Shown: piece after piece, positions 8,430-19,888 of the stretch | Position numbering within the stretch: the first letter of the stretch is position 1 | Layout of the letters: the number at the start of each line of letters is the position of its first letter | From: Burkholderiales bacterium | GTDB taxonomy: Bacteria > Pseudomonadota > Gammaproteobacteria > Burkholderiales > Ga0077523 | Length of the DNA: 64,000 nucleotides | Direction: 5' to 3' | NCBI GenBank assembly: GCA_022843925.1 | Contig: JALHMS010000003.1 | Location: forward strand, 58,440-122,439 | Position numbers and translations under genes: made by a program | Notes under the pieces: model-generated | Seen by the model: the letters and a program-made list of their open reading frames with translations, nothing else | Database searches by the model: none | What the model was told of the DNA's origin: nothing

Positions 8430-11400
8430 ATGAAACGCATGCTGTTCAATGCGACGCATCCGGAGGAAATCCGCGTCGCCATCGTCGATGGTCAGAAGCT
8501 CATCGACCTCGACATCGAAACGCTCGGTAAGGAGCAACGCAAGGGAAACATCTACAAGGGTGTCATCACCCGAGTCGAACCCAGCCTCGAAGCGGCGTTC
8601 GTCGACTACAGTGCCGATCGCCATGGCTTCCTGCCCTTCAAGGAAATCAGCCGCCAGTACTTCCCTGACGGTACCGACCCCGGCAAGGCCCGCATCCAGG
8701 ATGTCCTGAAGGAAGGCCAGGAGCTCATCGTCCAGGTGGAAAAGGACGAGCGAGGCAACAAGGGCGCCGCCCTCACCACGTTCATCAGTCTCGCCGGACG
8801 CTATGTCGTCCTGATGCCCAACAACCCCCGCGGTGGTGGCGTCTCCCGCCGGGTCGAGGGCGAGGAACGCAACGAACTCCGCGACACCATCGCCCAGCTC
8901 GAAGTGCCCCAGGGCATGAGCATCATCGCCCGGACGGCTGGCATCGGCCGGTCGGTCGAGGAACTGCAGTGGGACATGGCGTACCTGCTTCAGCTCTGGA
9001 AGGCGATCGAGGAAGCCGGCCAGGCGATGTACGCCGACAAGGAAGGCAACGTCTACACCGAGCCCCGCAGCCCGGAGGGTGCCCATCTCAAGCGTTCGAA
9101 CCCAGGCCCGTTCCTGATCTTCGAGGAATCCAGCCTCGTCATCCGCGCCATCCGCGACTACTTCCAGCCCGACATCGGCGAGATCCTGATCGACAGCGAA
9201 GCGATCCAGGAGCAGGTGAAGGTCTTCATGAGTCACGTGATGCCCACGAACGCCAGCCGCGTGAAGTTCTACGCCGATGACGTTCCGCTGTTCTCGCGGT
9301 TCCAGATCGAGCACCAGATCGAGACGGCCTACGCCCGCCAGGTGCCGCTGCCGTCGGGCGGCGCCATCGTGATCGATCACACCGAAGCCCTCGTATCGGT
9401 GGACGTGAACTCCGCCCGGGCCACCAAGGGCCAGGACATCGAGGCCACGGCCCTCAACACGAACCTCGAAGCCTCCGACGAGATCGCCCGCCAGTTGCGG
9501 CTGCGCGACCTCGGTGGCCTGGTCGTGATCGACTACATCGACATGGAGTCCGCCAAGAACCAGCGCGATGTCGAGAACCGCCTCCGCGATGCACTGCGCT
9601 ACGACCGGGCGCGAGTCCAGATGGGCAAGATCTCGCGCTTCGGCTTGATGGAGCTCTCCCGCCAGCGCCTTCAGACATCCCTCGGGGAGACGAGCCACAT
9701 CCCCTGCCCGCGCTGCCACGGCGTCGGCCACATCCGCGGCATCGAGTCCACGGCGCTCCACATCCTCCGCATCATCCAGGAGGAGGCCATGAAGGAGAAC
9801 AGCGCCGCCGTCCACGCGCAGGTGCCCGTGGAAGTGGCAACGTACCTCCTGAACGAGAAGCGCAGCGAGTTCCAGTCGATGGAATCGCGCCTCAAGGTCA
9901 GCATCCTTCTCATCCCCAACATCCACATCGAGACGCCGAACTACACCGTCACGCGTCTCCGCCACGAAGACCTCAACCTGAACGGCCCGCTGCCCCCCAG
10001 CTACCAGATGATGGAAGCGGCCCCCGAGGGCGACGTCGCCCTTCCCGGCGCAGCGAACGATCGTCCGCCGCGTGCGGAAGCCATGGTCAAGGGCATCGCG
10101 TCCGGCGCACCGGCTCCGATGCCGGTCGAGCCGGCACCGGTGCCGGCACCGGTGGTCGCAGCAGTGCCCCAACCTCGCCCGCAGTCGATCCTCCAGAAGA
10201 TCTTCGGATGGCTCGGTGGCGGCAAGGCGGAACCCGCACCGGCTCCGGCGCCGATCGTGCCCGTGGTCGAGAAGGCGACATCGTCACCCCAGCGGCGTCC
10301 CCAGCGGGATCGCCGTCCGGAACGCTCGGACGAGCCGCGCCGCCAGCGCGGTGATCGTCCTGCCGGTGAGCGGTCTGGTGCAGACCGGTCCGAGCGTCCG
10401 CAGGGCGAGCGCCAGGGCGGGGATCGCGATCGCGCCGAAGGCGGCAATCGTCGCCGTGGGGAAGGCCGCGGCGGCGAAGGTCGTGGCGAAGCGCGCGGGG
10501 GAGAAGGCCGCGCGCAGGAAGGACGTGGGCAGGAGAACCGTAGACCGCCCCGTGAGGCCGTGGCGGTTGAAGGGGCGCCCGCGGAGGAAGGCGATCGCAG
10601 CGCCGGCCAGGAGGGCCGGAATCGCCGGCCGCCGCGCCCCCCGCGTCAGCGGGAGGCCAATCGTGGCGGCGTCGACGGCGCCGAAACACGCCCCGCGGAC
10701 GATCTGACTTCCGCTGCTCAGGACACCGAGCGCAGCGCAGAAGGTGGTTCCGAGGCTGGTGCGCCGCAGGGGGAGGAGCGCAGTGGTCGTCGCCGTCGTG
10801 GTCGTCGCGATCGCGGTGGTCGTGCCGCTGAAGGCGCGGTGGCCCAGGACATCGTCCAGGGTGAGGTCGTTGTTTCCGCCGATGAAGTGCCCGCGGCGGA
10901 AACGTTCCACGGAAGCGCCCAGGATGTCGTGGCCGCCGCGCCGGAAGTCGAAATGTCCGCGAGCCCCGAGATCGCACCGAGCACCGTGGTCGTATCGTCC
11001 GAGCAACCGGCGGCCCTCGAACCACCGGTTGCCGCCACGGACGCGACGCACTTCGCAGCGGATGTCGCAGAGGTCGTACCGGAGGCGGCGTCTGCTGTGC
11101 CCGTGGAAGCTGCACAGGCGGCCGCCGTCGATGTCGTCGTTTCCGCCCCTGTGGCGGAGGCGCCTGCACCGATGCCGCGGCGGGCTCCGACGATGGAGGA
11201 CTTCGCCGCCGCCATGCGTCCCGTGGAAACAGCGCCGGTGACCAACGTCGCTCCCGAGGTTTCACCGCTGACGGAAACGCCCTTTCCCGCGCCGGAGCGG
11301 ACTGTCGCCACGGCGTCCTCGCTGATCGAGAACGCTATGCGCCGTTCGGAACCCGTGACCCCGGCGCCTCTGGTGCTTCCGCCCGGGCTGGAGCAGGTGG

Positions 11401-11537
11401 AAACGCGCAGCGAGCGTGTTGCCGCTGCACAGGAGGAGGTCGAGCCGACACCGCAACTCGGGCGTCGTGGTCGCCCGCGCGCGCCGGTAAATCCGATTCC
11501 GGATGAACCGCTGGTGCAGATCGAGACGCGAAACTAG
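8430..11537 (+). CDS. rne: Ribonuclease E
   Basis: 1035-aa ORF. It begins [30 protein letters not shown], has an S1 domain and the Zn-link [11 protein letters not shown] long low-complexity Arg/Glu/Gly/Pro/Ala-rich C-terminal half follows, as expected for the degradosome scaffold. Confidence 0.95.
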   Translation: MKRMLFNATHPEEIRVAIVDGQKLIDLDIETLGKEQRKGNIYKGVITRVEPSLEAAFVDYSADRHGFLPFKEISRQYFPDGTDPGKARIQDVLKEGQELIVQVEKDERGNKGAALTTFISLAGRYVVLMPNNPRGGGVSRRVEGEERNELRDTIAQLEVPQGMSIIARTAGIGRSVEELQWDMAYLLQLWKAIEEAGQAMYADKEGNVYTEPRSPEGAHLKRSNPGPFLIFEESSLVIRAIRDYFQPDIGEILIDSEAIQEQVKVFMSHVMPTNASRVKFYADDVPLFSRFQIEHQIETAYARQVPLPSGGAIVIDHTEALVSVDVNSARATKGQDIEATALNTNLEASDEIARQLRLRDLGGLVVIDYIDMESAKNQRDVENRLRDALRYDRARVQMGKISRFGLMELSRQRLQTSLGETSHIPCPRCHGVGHIRGIESTALHILRIIQEEAMKENSAAVHAQVPVEVATYLLNEKRSEFQSMESRLKVSILLIPNIHIETPNYTVTRLRHEDLNLNGPLPPSYQMMEAAPEGDVALPGAANDRPPRAEAMVKGIASGAPAPMPVEPAPVPAPVVAAVPQPRPQSILQKIFGWLGGGKAEPAPAPAPIVPVVEKATSSPQRRPQRDRRPERSDEPRRQRGDRPAGERSGADRSERPQGERQGGDRDRAEGGNRRRGEGRGGEGRGEARGGEGRAQEGRGQENRRPPREAVAVEGAPAEEGDRSAGQEGRNRRPPRPPRQREANRGGVDGAETRPADDLTSAAQDTERSAEGGSEAGAPQGEERSGRRRRGRRDRGGRAAEGAVAQDIVQGEVVVSADEVPAAETFHGSAQDVVAAAPEVEMSASPEIAPSTVVVSSEQPAALEPPVAATDATHFAADVAEVVPEAASAVPVEAAQAAAVDVVVSAPVAEAPAPMPRRAPTMEDFAAAMRPVETAPVTNVAPEVSPLTETPFPAPERTVATASSLIENAMRRSEPVTPAPLVLPPGLEQVETRSERVAAAQEEVEPTPQLGRRGRPRAPVNPIPDEPLVQIETRN

Positions 11538-11584
11538 GCGTTCGCGGAAAGCAGTACCGCGCGCAGCGATCGAGGCGTGGTGAA

Positions 11585-11619
11585 CGGAGGGCTGAGTGAT
11601 CAGCCCTCCGCTTTTCCTT
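11585..11619 (+). terminator. Rho-independent terminator after rne (palindromic, shared with the convergent phosphatase gene end)
   Basis: An 11-bp perfect stem CGGAGGGCTGA/TCAGCCCTCCG with a GTGA loop, followed by CTTTTCC. Confidence 0.7.
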
Positions 11620-12118
11620 CCAGGATGTCTTTCTCGATGTGCGCGATGAGTCCGCGAGACGCTGCTTCGACGAGGTCGAGCACCTTCTCGAAGCCATCCG
11701 GACCACCGTAGTAGGGATCCGGGACATCGGTCTCGACGGCCTCCGGGGCGAAATCGAGGAACATGCCGAGATGGCCGTCGAAGCCTTCGGGCCGCAGGGC
11801 CTCGAGCGACTTGAGATTGCGGGCATCCATCGCGAGGATGTATCGGAACGACGCGAAATCCTGCGGCGTCACCTTCCTTGCGCGGATCTTCCGGAGGTCG
11901 TAATTGCGCCGCGCGGCCGTCTCGATCGAACGGAGATCCGGGGGCTCGCCTTCGTGATTCGCATGGGTTCCGGCGGAATCGATGGCAAGGCGCCGTTCGA
12001 GCTTCCGCTCCCGCGCCATCGTGCGGAACACGCCTTCCGCCGTGGGTGAGCGGCAGATGTTGCCCATGCAGACGAACAGCACGCCCAGTCTCGGCGGTCG
12101 CTTGCCGAACAGCCTCAT
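11600..12118 (-). CDS. Low-molecular-weight protein-tyrosine phosphatase
   Basis: 172-aa ORF with the N-terminal CX5R(S) P-loop [16 protein letters not shown] and a DPYYG motif. Its ATG overlaps the uvrB stop. Confidence 0.85.
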   Translation of the reverse strand: MRLFGKRPPRLGVLFVCMGNICRSPTAEGVFRTMARERKLERRLAIDSAGTHANHEGEPPDLRSIETAARRNYDLRKIRARKVTPQDFASFRYILAMDARNLKSLEALRPEGFDGHLGMFLDFAPEAVETDVPDPYYGGPDGFEKVLDLVEAASRGLIAHIEKDILEGKAEG

Positions 12119-14181
12119 GGGGCACCTCGCTTCGCCCGCGCAGCCCGTTCTTCCGGAGCGGCCTCGTCCACGCCGAACAGTTGCATCTTGAGGCGCTTCA
12201 ACTCGTCGCGCAGACCCGCTGCCTTCTCGAACTCGAGGTTGCGGGCGTGCTCCAGCATCTCCTTCTCGACACGCTTGATCTCGCGCGCGATGTCCTTCTC
12301 GCCGACGGGCAGCGCCCGCGCCTCGCCGCGTGCCGCCTTCGCGTCGCGGCGTGCGGTATCTCCGTCGTAGACGCCGTCGATCAGTTCATTGATCTTCTTC
12401 GACACACCTCGCGGGACGATGCCCTGCGCCGTGTTGAAGAGCGTCTGCTTGTTGCGTCGTCGCTCCGTCTCCTGCATCGCGCGGCGCATCGATTCGGTCT
12501 CCCGATCCGCGTAGAGGATCGCCGTACCATTGATGTGACGCGCCGCGCGGCCGATCGTCTGGATCAGGGATCGCTCCGACCGAAGAAAGCCTTCCTTGTC
12601 CGCGTCGAGAATCGCCACCAGCGAGACCTCCGGCAGATCGAGACCTTCGCGCAGCAGGTTGATGCCCACCAGCACGTCGAACTCGCCGAGGCGCAGATCG
12701 CGGATGATCTCCACGCGCTCCACGGTCTCCACGTCGGAGTGGAGATAGCGCACCTTGACGCCGTGCTCCGACAGATACTCGGTGAGATCCTCCGCCATCC
12801 GCTTCGTGAGCGTCGTGACGAGCACCCGCTCCTGCTTCGCAACACGCAACGTGATCTCGGACATGAGGTCGTCCACCTGCGTCGACGCCGGCCGCACGTG
12901 GATCGTCGGGTCCACGAGACCGGTGGGGCGCACCACCTGCTCCACCACCTGCTGCTGATGATTCGCTTCGTACTCCGAGGGCGTGGCCGACACGAACACC
13001 GTCTGCGGCAGGAGCGCCTCGAACTCGTCGAAGCGCAGAGGGCGGTTATCCAGCGCGCTGGGCAGACGAAATCCGTAGTCGACGAGATTCTCCTTGCGGG
13101 CCCGGTCGCCGCGGTACATCCCACCGACCTGCGGCACCGTCACGTGGCTCTCGTCGATGATCATGAGCGAACCGGGCGGCAGGTAGTCGATGAGCGTGGG
13201 CGGCGGCTCCCCGGGTTGCCGCCCGGAAAGATGCCGCGAATAGTTCTCGATCCCCTTGCAGAAGCCCAGCTCGTTCAGCATCTCGAGGTCGAAGCGCGTG
13301 CGTTGTTCGATGCGCTGCGCCTCCACGAGCTTGCCGGTCCTCTGGAACGCATCGATGCGTTCCCGCAGCTCGATCTTGATGCCTTCGATCGCCTTCAACG
13401 TCGTGCTGCGCGGCGTCACGTAATGGCTGGACGGATAGACAGTGAAGCGCGAAACGCGGGAGAGGATGTGCCCGGTCAACGGGTCGAACAGTGCAAGTCC
13501 CTCGACCTCATCGTCGAACAGCGTGACCCGCAACGCGGTCTCGGAGTTCTCCGCGGGGAAGATGTCGAGAACGTCGCCGCGCACGCGGAACGTTCCGCGC
13601 TTGAAGTCGAACTCCGAGCGCTCGTACTGCATCTCCGTCAGCCGCTGGATCGCCTGCCGCTGCGGCAACGTCTCCTTCTCGCGCAGGTGCAGGATCATCG
13701 AGTGATAGTCGACCGGATCGCCGATGCCGTAGATCGCCGACACCGTCGCGACGATCACGACATCCGCCCGCTCGAGCAGGGACTTCGTCGCCGAGAGCCG
13801 CATCTGCTCGATGTGATCGTTGATGCTGGAGTCCTTCTCGATGTAGAGATCGCGGGAAGGAACGTAGGCCTCGGGCTGGTAGTAGTCGTAGTACGAGACG
13901 AAATACTCGATCGCGTTCTCGGGAAAGAACTCGCGCATCTCCGAGTACAGCTGGGCCGCGAGTGTCTTGTTGGGTGCCATCACGATGGCCGGCCGCCCGA
14001 TCCTGGCGATCACGTTCGCCATCGTGTAGGTCTTGCCCGATCCGGTCACCCCGAGCAGCGTCTGGAAGTCGAGGCCGCGTTCGATACCGGCCGTGAGCCG
14101 TTCGATCGCCTCGGGCTGGTCCCCCGCAGGCGCAAACGGTTGATGCAGGCGGAACGGACTGTTGGGAAACGTGACGATCAC
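12115..14181 (-). CDS. uvrB: Excinuclease ABC subunit B
   Basis: 688-aa ORF. It has Walker A GVTGSGKT, helicase motifs, and the C-terminal UVR motif ([16 protein letters not shown]). Confidence 0.97.
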   Translation of the reverse strand: MIVTFPNSPFRLHQPFAPAGDQPEAIERLTAGIERGLDFQTLLGVTGSGKTYTMANVIARIGRPAIVMAPNKTLAAQLYSEMREFFPENAIEYFVSYYDYYQPEAYVPSRDLYIEKDSSINDHIEQMRLSATKSLLERADVVIVATVSAIYGIGDPVDYHSMILHLREKETLPQRQAIQRLTEMQYERSEFDFKRGTFRVRGDVLDIFPAENSETALRVTLFDDEVEGLALFDPLTGHILSRVSRFTVYPSSHYVTPRSTTLKAIEGIKIELRERIDAFQRTGKLVEAQRIEQRTRFDLEMLNELGFCKGIENYSRHLSGRQPGEPPPTLIDYLPPGSLMIIDESHVTVPQVGGMYRGDRARKENLVDYGFRLPSALDNRPLRFDEFEALLPQTVFVSATPSEYEANHQQQVVEQVVRPTGLVDPTIHVRPASTQVDDLMSEITLRVAKQERVLVTTLTKRMAEDLTEYLSEHGVKVRYLHSDVETVERVEIIRDLRLGEFDVLVGINLLREGLDLPEVSLVAILDADKEGFLRSERSLIQTIGRAARHINGTAILYADRETESMRRAMQETERRRNKQTLFNTAQGIVPRGVSKKINELIDGVYDGDTARRDAKAARGEARALPVGEKDIAREIKRVEKEMLEHARNLEFEKAAGLRDELKRLKMQLFGVDEAAPEERAARAKRGAP

Positions 14182-14295
14182 GGGTAAAATCAGGGGCTTG
14201 CCGACGGCGGATCTGTGAGTCTAGCACCGCCCCCGAGTTTCCCGATACCCGCCTGTTGCAGTGTTTCTCCACCTCGTCACGGACACCACTCCCAC

Positions 14296-15501
14296 ATGAC
14301 TTCCGAACTCTTCGCCCGCATCGAGATGGCGCCCCGGGACCCGATCCTCGGTGTCACCGAGGCCTTCGTCGCCGACACCAACCCGCGCAAGGTGAACCTC
14401 GGGGTCGGGGTCTATTACGACGACAACGGCAAGGTGCCGTTGCTCGAATGCGTGAAGCGCGCCGAAGCGCAGCTCGTGGCGGCCACCCTGCCCCGTGCCT
14501 ATCTCCCGATCGACGGCCTCGCCTCCTACGACAAGGCGGTCCAGGCACTCGTGTTCGGTGCCGGCTCCGATGTGATCGCGGCGAAGCGTGCAGTGACGGT
14601 GCAGGCGCTTGGTGGCACGGGTGCACTGAAGCTCGGGGCCGACTTCATCCGCCGCCTTGCGCCGGACGCCGAGGTCTGGATATCCGATCCCAGCTGGGAG
14701 AACCACCGCGCGCTCTTCGAGTTCGCCGGCTTCAAGGTCAACAGCTACCGCTACTACGACCCCGCCATCCGCGGGCTCGACTTTGCCGCGATGCGCGCAG
14801 CCCTCGAAACCATCCCCTCAGGGCACGTCGTCGTGCTTCATGCCTGCTGTCACAACCCCACCGGCGCGGACCTCACGAACGACCAGTGGGACGAGGTCAT
14901 CGCCATCGTGCGCGCACGCGGGCACATCCCGTTCCTCGACATGGCCTACCAGGGCTTCGGTGACGGCATCGAGGCCGACGCCCACGCCGTGCGCGCCTTC
15001 ACGGCAGCAGGCATGCCCCTCTTCGTGTCGAACTCCTTCTCCAAGTCGTTCTCGCTTTACGGTGAGCGCGTGGGTGCGCTCAGTGTCGTCGCGTCCACCG
15101 GCGAGGAGGCTGCCAGGCTGCTGAGCCAGCTGAAGCGCGTCGTCCGTACCAACTATTCCAATCCGCCCTCGCACGGCGGCAAGGTGGTGGCGTCGGTGCT
15201 GGAGTCGGCGGAGCTGCGAGGCATCTGGGAAGCCGAACTCGCCGGGATGCGCGACCGGATCCGCACCATGCGCTCCCGCCTGACCGATGGCCTGCGCAAC
15301 TCCGCGCCCACATCGGACTTCAGCTTCGTGCTTCGTCAGCGCGGCATGTTCTCCTACTCGGGACTCACCAAGGCCCAGGTGGACCGCCTTCGCACGGAGT
15401 TCTCCGTCTACGCGATCGACACCGGCCGCGTCTGTGTGGCCGCCCTCAATTCGAAGAACATCGACTACGTGGTCGAGTCGATCGGCAAGGTCATCGCCTG
15501 A
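14296..15501 (+). CDS. Class I aspartate/aromatic amino acid aminotransferase
   Basis: The track ORF starts at 14215; the internal ATG at 14296 gives MTSELFARIEMAPRDPILGV. The PLP-Lys region SNSFSKSFSLYGERVGAL is present. I cannot separate AspC-like from TyrB-like by eye. Confidence 0.9.
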   Translation: MTSELFARIEMAPRDPILGVTEAFVADTNPRKVNLGVGVYYDDNGKVPLLECVKRAEAQLVAATLPRAYLPIDGLASYDKAVQALVFGAGSDVIAAKRAVTVQALGGTGALKLGADFIRRLAPDAEVWISDPSWENHRALFEFAGFKVNSYRYYDPAIRGLDFAAMRAALETIPSGHVVVLHACCHNPTGADLTNDQWDEVIAIVRARGHIPFLDMAYQGFGDGIEADAHAVRAFTAAGMPLFVSNSFSKSFSLYGERVGALSVVASTGEEAARLLSQLKRVVRTNYSNPPSHGGKVVASVLESAELRGIWEAELAGMRDRIRTMRSRLTDGLRNSAPTSDFSFVLRQRGMFSYSGLTKAQVDRLRTEFSVYAIDTGRVCVAALNSKNIDYVVESIGKVIA

Positions 15502-15572
15502 CCATCTGACCGCGCAGGCGCCGTGAGCGTTGACCCGACCCGGCGCCATCGCTAGAATTCGCCGCCTTCAGT

Positions 15573-15648
15573 TCCCCGATAGCTCAGTCGGTAGAGCGAC
15601 GGACTGTTAATCCGCAGGTCCCTGGTTCGAGCCCAGGTCGGGGAGCCA
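15573..15648 (+). tRNA. tRNA-Asn (anticodon GUU)
   Basis: 76 nt. The acceptor stem TCCCCGA/TCGGGGA is followed by G and an encoded CCA. The anticodon loop is CTGTTAA and the T-arm is CCTGG-TTCGAGC-CCAGG. The cloverleaf was folded by hand. Confidence 0.93.
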
Positions 15649-15658
15649 ACGTATTCGA

Positions 15659-15687
15659 CGCCCGCAGAAATGCGGGCGTTTCTGTTT
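15659..15687 (+). terminator. Rho-independent terminator after tRNA-Asn
   Basis: Stem CGCCCGC/GCGGGCG with loop AGAAAT, followed by TTTCTGTTT. Confidence 0.75.
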
Positions 15688-15823
15688 CCGGCGCCTTTCC
15701 GGCGTCGCGAAGTTCGGCGCCGATGCCGTGCGAAACGAGGCCCGTCGGCGAACCGGCGATGGGGTAGGGTGTCTTCGACGGGCCCTTCCCGACAGTGCCG
15801 AGCACAGAACTCTGGAGCCTCCA

Positions 15824-16153
15824 ATGCACGCCTATCTCATTGATCCCAACAACCGCCAGATCATCGCCGTCGACATCGATGGCGGACTCGAGGGCATCCG
15901 TAAACTCATCGGTTTCGATTCCGTCGATTCCGACGAGATCGATGTCGCGGGCAATCGACTGTTCTTCGACGAGTCGTGCTTCATCCGCGATCAGCCGGGC
16001 GCGGGACGCTTCAAGCTCGACAATCTCCCGCCTGTGGCAGGACGCGGCGTGGTGGCCGCCGCGGATGACGCCGTGACTACCCCGCGCACGCCCACTCTGA
16101 CGCTGGAAGACCTGAAGGCCCGGGTGCAGTTTCTGGTTGCAGGGGCGGTCTGA
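15824..16153 (+). CDS. Hypothetical protein (possibly DUF3846-like)
   Basis: The track ORF starts at 15728; the internal ATG at 15824 is preceded by GGAG. The 109-aa product MHAYLIDPNNRQIIAVDIDGGLEGIRKLIG...FFDESCF loosely resembles the DUF3846 pattern from memory. No catalytic motif is present. Confidence 0.55.
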   Translation: MHAYLIDPNNRQIIAVDIDGGLEGIRKLIGFDSVDSDEIDVAGNRLFFDESCFIRDQPGAGRFKLDNLPPVAGRGVVAAADDAVTTPRTPTLTLEDLKARVQFLVAGAV

Positions 16154-16274
16154 ACAAGGCGATCAGGCGACACGTCGGATCGGATCCCGGGCACCATCGG
16201 CGATGCGCTGACTGACAGCGACGCCCACCGGTCCCACCTCGCGACATCCTCCACTCACTCCATCAGGATCCCCG

Positions 16275-16781
16275 ATGAACATCTCCATGTATCAGGCGAG
16301 CGTTCCGCGCTTCGTCGCCGTCCTCGGCAATCTCGCGAACATCCTCGACAAGGCCCAGGCCCACGTCGAAGCGAAGAAGATCGATCCCGCGGTGTTGCCG
16401 TCGTTCCGTCTCTTTCCCGACATGCTCCCGTTGAAGTCACAGGTGCAGATCGCCTGCGACACGGCGAAGGGTCTCGTTGCCCGTCTGGCCGGTATCGAGA
16501 TCCCCGTGTTCGAAGACACCGAGACGACCCTGCCCGAACTGAAGGCGCGGGTGCTGCGCACCATAGAGTTCATAGCATCCGTGACGCCTGCGCAGATCGA
16601 CGGGACGGAAGAAAAGGAGATCATCACCCGCCGTGGCGAGAAGGAGACGCGCTACACCGGCATCCGGTTTCTGCTCGGCCACGCGATCCCGAACGTCTAC
16701 TTCCACGTGACCACCGCCTACAACATTCTTCGCCACAACGGCGTCGAGATCGGCAAGCGCGACTATCTCGGCAACCCGTGA
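16275..16781 (+). CDS. DUF1993 domain protein
   Basis: 168-aa ORF. It reads MNISMYQASVPRFVAVLGNLANILDKAQAHVEAKKIDP...TTAYNILRHNGVEIGKRDYLG, matching my memory of the DUF1993 family end to end. Confidence 0.85.
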   Translation: MNISMYQASVPRFVAVLGNLANILDKAQAHVEAKKIDPAVLPSFRLFPDMLPLKSQVQIACDTAKGLVARLAGIEIPVFEDTETTLPELKARVLRTIEFIASVTPAQIDGTEEKEIITRRGEKETRYTGIRFLLGHAIPNVYFHVTTAYNILRHNGVEIGKRDYLGNP

Positions 16782-16943
16782 TGCGATCCCCTCGGTGGAC
16801 TGGATGACCGCCGAGGGGGCTCCGTGCCCCTGCCCGGCGCAAGCCGAGAAAGGTCTCCGCCTGCTCGATGCAGGCAGCAGGGTCGACGCAGAGCATGGCG
16901 AAGACGGCTCGGCACGGGTGCGCTTCCGTCAGTCGCCCGCCCG

Positions 16944-17804
16944 TCAGAGCTTTTCGAACGTGTGGAGCTGGTCCTTCCGGATGTGGTGGACTCCGAAGAA
17001 GAGCCCACCCGTGGCGACAGCCTGCTTCATGTCGCCGTCCATACGGACGACGACGATCTGTCCGTCGTCCTCCAGAAGGTCCGCTCCCTTGACTCTGATG
17101 AGCGTGGGAGACATCAACCCGCCCACCCGGCCCCCTGCGAAATGCAGGCTTCCGATATCCACCTTGGTACCCGTGGACGGCAGCTCTCGCCTTGCGTCTC
17201 GCTCCATCAGCACTCTGAGGGTCCCGGCGGCGCCCCGCAGCTCCGAACTCATCGCTTCCAGCATCGCGGGCGTAGGTGCCGAGAATCCATCGATCGGGTA
17301 TGCCGTCGGCAGATGGTAGAGGTACCGCCCGACCCAGCCCCTTCCCTCCACGTGGTACACCAGTGCGAGACGGAACTTGTCATCCGTGCATTCCTGGATG
17401 ACGACGAACGGATTGAGCTTGAACCCCGCGTTGCCCGCCCCGAAAAGCGGGCTGGTCTGGAACGTCGAGAGGGTGAGCCGGTAAGGGTCGACACTCACCA
17501 ACTTCGTTTCGATGGCTTCCGCGGTGTTGTGATTTATCGCTGACTCGATGGCATCGCCGACAAATGGTACCGGCAGCGGGTTCAGCAACTTCAGGGCGCT
17601 CTCGGAAGAGATGAGAACGAACTGTGAATTGGGAAAGGCCGACGCCTTGTCCGGCAACGGTTTCGGTAGCGCGCGCACGACGGTGATGCCGCCTTGCAGC
17701 GCCTCGGGTCGCATGGGGGCGCTCTTGCGGGGCGCCGCGCATGCACTCATCAGAAGGGCCAGGGCCACGCAGGCCGTCGCGATCAGTCTGCTCATGGGAT
17801 TCAC
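16944..17804 (-). CDS. Hypothetical exported protein, probable lipoprotein
   Basis: 286-aa ORF with a signal peptide and a lipobox-like LLMSAC. No recognisable domain. Confidence 0.7.
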   Translation of the reverse strand: MNPMSRLIATACVALALLMSACAAPRKSAPMRPEALQGGITVVRALPKPLPDKASAFPNSQFVLISSESALKLLNPLPVPFVGDAIESAINHNTAEAIETKLVSVDPYRLTLSTFQTSPLFGAGNAGFKLNPFVVIQECTDDKFRLALVYHVEGRGWVGRYLYHLPTAYPIDGFSAPTPAMLEAMSSELRGAAGTLRVLMERDARRELPSTGTKVDIGSLHFAGGRVGGLMSPTLIRVKGADLLEDDGQIVVVRMDGDMKQAVATGGLFFGVHHIRKDQLHTFEKL

Positions 17805-17943
17805 CTGTCAGTGACGGTCGGGATTCGAACAGAGTGGCGGGGATCGCGGGCACCCTTACCGAGGCCGTGGCTCGAATATGCCATCGGTTCTCAGACCAGA
17901 CAACGGGCCAGACGATGGCTGCCCACTGGCAGCGGTCCGCGGG

Positions 17944-18738
17944 TCAGTCGTACGGCGAACCACCCTGCAGCCGCGCGACGCGGACGAGGCTTATCAGGCC
18001 GAGCACGCCGCCGACGCTCACCGCGACCAGCATCGGCACGGGGCTCGCTCCCGCTGCACCCAGGGAACCCATGTCGATCACGGCGAAGTCGTAGAGCGCA
18101 TGCACCACCATCGGCCAAAGGAGTGAACGGGTGTCGATGGCGGCCATCAGGAACACCGACCCCAACAGTATCGTCGACACCATCTGGACGGCACCGAGCT
18201 GGAGTGGCACGCCCGCAGCGAGGTTGAGAAGGTGGAACGCGCCGAAGCAAAGCAACGCGGCGATGGCGCCCCGCCGGAGTCCCCACCAACGGTGGAACGC
18301 TGCCAGCAGAAGTCCTCGGAAGATCCACTCCTCGTTGATGCCCACCAGCACGGTCGAACGCAGGACCATCCAGGAGAACGTCGAATCGGGTGCGACACCC
18401 GCTGGCACGCTCGTCCGCGTCGCCCACCATGCGCCCGCGATGGCGACCGCGAGCGTTGCCAGCGGGGCGATACGCCCGAAGCCTGGCCATCGGGGAAGTC
18501 GAAGACCGAGGCGGTCGATCGGCAGCAGCCAAGCCGTCGCGAACGCGAGAAACACCGTCAGCTGCAACTCCGTGCCGAAGAAGCCGACGACGAAGCGCGG
18601 ATCCCGGTAGTCGTAGCTCGATCGCAGTATCCCGGCGAGCACGAGCAGCAACGCGACGATGACGAGGGCCGCCACGAGGGGGCGGCTGTCGAGATTCCGG
18701 AGACGCATGTGGGAGGTGGAGGGACGCCAGAGGTTCAT
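17944..18738 (-). CDS. CPBP-family intramembrane glutamic endopeptidase (CAAX protease/Abi fold)
   Basis: Polytopic membrane protein with CPBP motifs EEWIFRG, FGAFH and HALYD. The track ORF runs to 18927; the internal ATG at 18738 (or 18708) precedes the first TM helix. Confidence 0.75.
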   Translation of the reverse strand: MNLWRPSTSHMRLRNLDSRPLVAALVIVALLLVLAGILRSSYDYRDPRFVVGFFGTELQLTVFLAFATAWLLPIDRLGLRLPRWPGFGRIAPLATLAVAIAGAWWATRTSVPAGVAPDSTFSWMVLRSTVLVGINEEWIFRGLLLAAFHRWWGLRRGAIAALLCFGAFHLLNLAAGVPLQLGAVQMVSTILLGSVFLMAAIDTRSLLWPMVVHALYDFAVIDMGSLGAAGASPVPMLVAVSVGGVLGLISLVRVARLQGGSPYD

Positions 18739-18975
18739 GACGATCGTCGAAAGAAGGCAGTGGTCGGAACAAAGGCCGTCGTCGGCATGGGGTACCGCCA
18801 TTCGGTGCACGATCGCGGCGGATGGGTCTCGCGCGGCACACGCCGGCCTCCATGAGCGAGAGGCCTGCAGACGCTCGCGCGTCCCCTGCGCCCGCAACTT
18901 AACAATCACCCGCCCTGGCTGGACCAAGCCCCGGGCGGAAGCACGGCCTCCGCCCGGACAGCCCGGTCGAACCGG

Positions 18976-19734
18976 TCAGGTCGACGATGCCACCGCAGCC
19001 TCTGCCGGCATCGACACCACCTCCATGCGATCGAGCAGGGTCCCGAAGTTGCGCATCGAATGCAGGTGCAGATAGATCAACTCCAACTCGTCCGTCTTCG
19101 CCAATTCCGCTAGAACGGTATCGGGAAGAGCCTTCAGGCGATCCCGATTGACGGTCAGAAAGCCGCTCAACGAAAGCTTTTCGCCGGACTTCGTGGTGAT
19201 CTGCGCCTGCATGGGATCGAGCAGATTGTGCTCCTTCAGCTTCTGGCAGAACTGGCGTGTGCGCTGGAACTGGGCCTGATACTCCTGCAGGAACTTGAGC
19301 ACGTTCTGCACGTACTCGGTGGGCTTGCCTTCGGCGTCGAACAGCGCGGCGCCACGGCCGTCCCGGTTGAAACCCTGGAAGGCCTCGTCGATGCATAGCG
19401 TGAAGGTGTCGCTGTCTTCGCTGCCGGAGAACACGAACGGATACCGACGGGCGAAGGCCGGCACATACTTGGCCGACCAGGAATGGCCGTCGGCGACAAA
19501 CAGGTTCTCCTTCGCGCGAAGACCGAGGATCACTGCCGGCATGACGGCCTCGTCGCTGCCCGCGAAGATGATGCTGTAGTCGGTGGACGCCGGCGGGAAC
19601 TCGACGGCCATGAGCGGCAGGGAATTCACGTGGCGCGCGAAGGCGTAGTCGTTGCCGACCTCGACGAAACATCCCGCGTGGCGTCCCGAGGACACCGGAA
19701 CCGCGCTCTCGTAGATCAACTGCTGTGTGCTCAT
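18976..19734 (-). CDS. SapC family protein
   Basis: 252-aa ORF. LPLMAVEFPPASTDYSIIFAG...AVILGLRAKENLFV...YVPAFARRYPFVF is the pattern I associate with the SapC family. Confidence 0.8.
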   Translation of the reverse strand: MSTQQLIYESAVPVSSGRHAGCFVEVGNDYAFARHVNSLPLMAVEFPPASTDYSIIFAGSDEAVMPAVILGLRAKENLFVADGHSWSAKYVPAFARRYPFVFSGSEDSDTFTLCIDEAFQGFNRDGRGAALFDAEGKPTEYVQNVLKFLQEYQAQFQRTRQFCQKLKEHNLLDPMQAQITTKSGEKLSLSGFLTVNRDRLKALPDTVLAELAKTDELELIYLHLHSMRNFGTLLDRMEVVSMPAEAAVASST

Positions 19735-19888
19735 CTCGACCCCTTTGTTGGATGGTTCCCACCCGGTCCGTCGGGCGGCTCCCGCGAGAATAGCGCAAGC
19801 CCGTGACGGGATGATCGGCCGCAGCCGGGTTTCGAACTGCAGTGGCAGCCGCTATTCTCCTCCCCGCCCCTCCACCGTCCCGAGACCG

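Noticed and set aside
8310-10172. 620-aa ORF antisense to rne. Similar ORFs at 10087..11265, 10284..11051 and 10718..11311 overlap the rne 3' half.
   Set aside because: It lies opposite a gene with unambiguous RNase E motifs. The translations are low-complexity Arg/Asp/Gly/Val-rich with no recognisable domain. Long stop-free antisense frames are expected in GC-rich DNA.
11878-14187. 769-aa ORF on the plus strand covering all of uvrB.
   Set aside because: It is a shadow ORF of uvrB, which has Walker A, helicase and UVR motifs. The product is Arg/Leu/Asp/His-rich with no motif.
14182-14295. Search for a LexA/SOS box (CTGT-N8-ACAG type) in the uvrB to aminotransferase divergent promoter region.
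   Set aside because: CTGT occurs twice (CTGTGAGTCTAGCAC and CTGTTGCAGTGTTTC), but neither has the ACAG half-site at the correct spacing.
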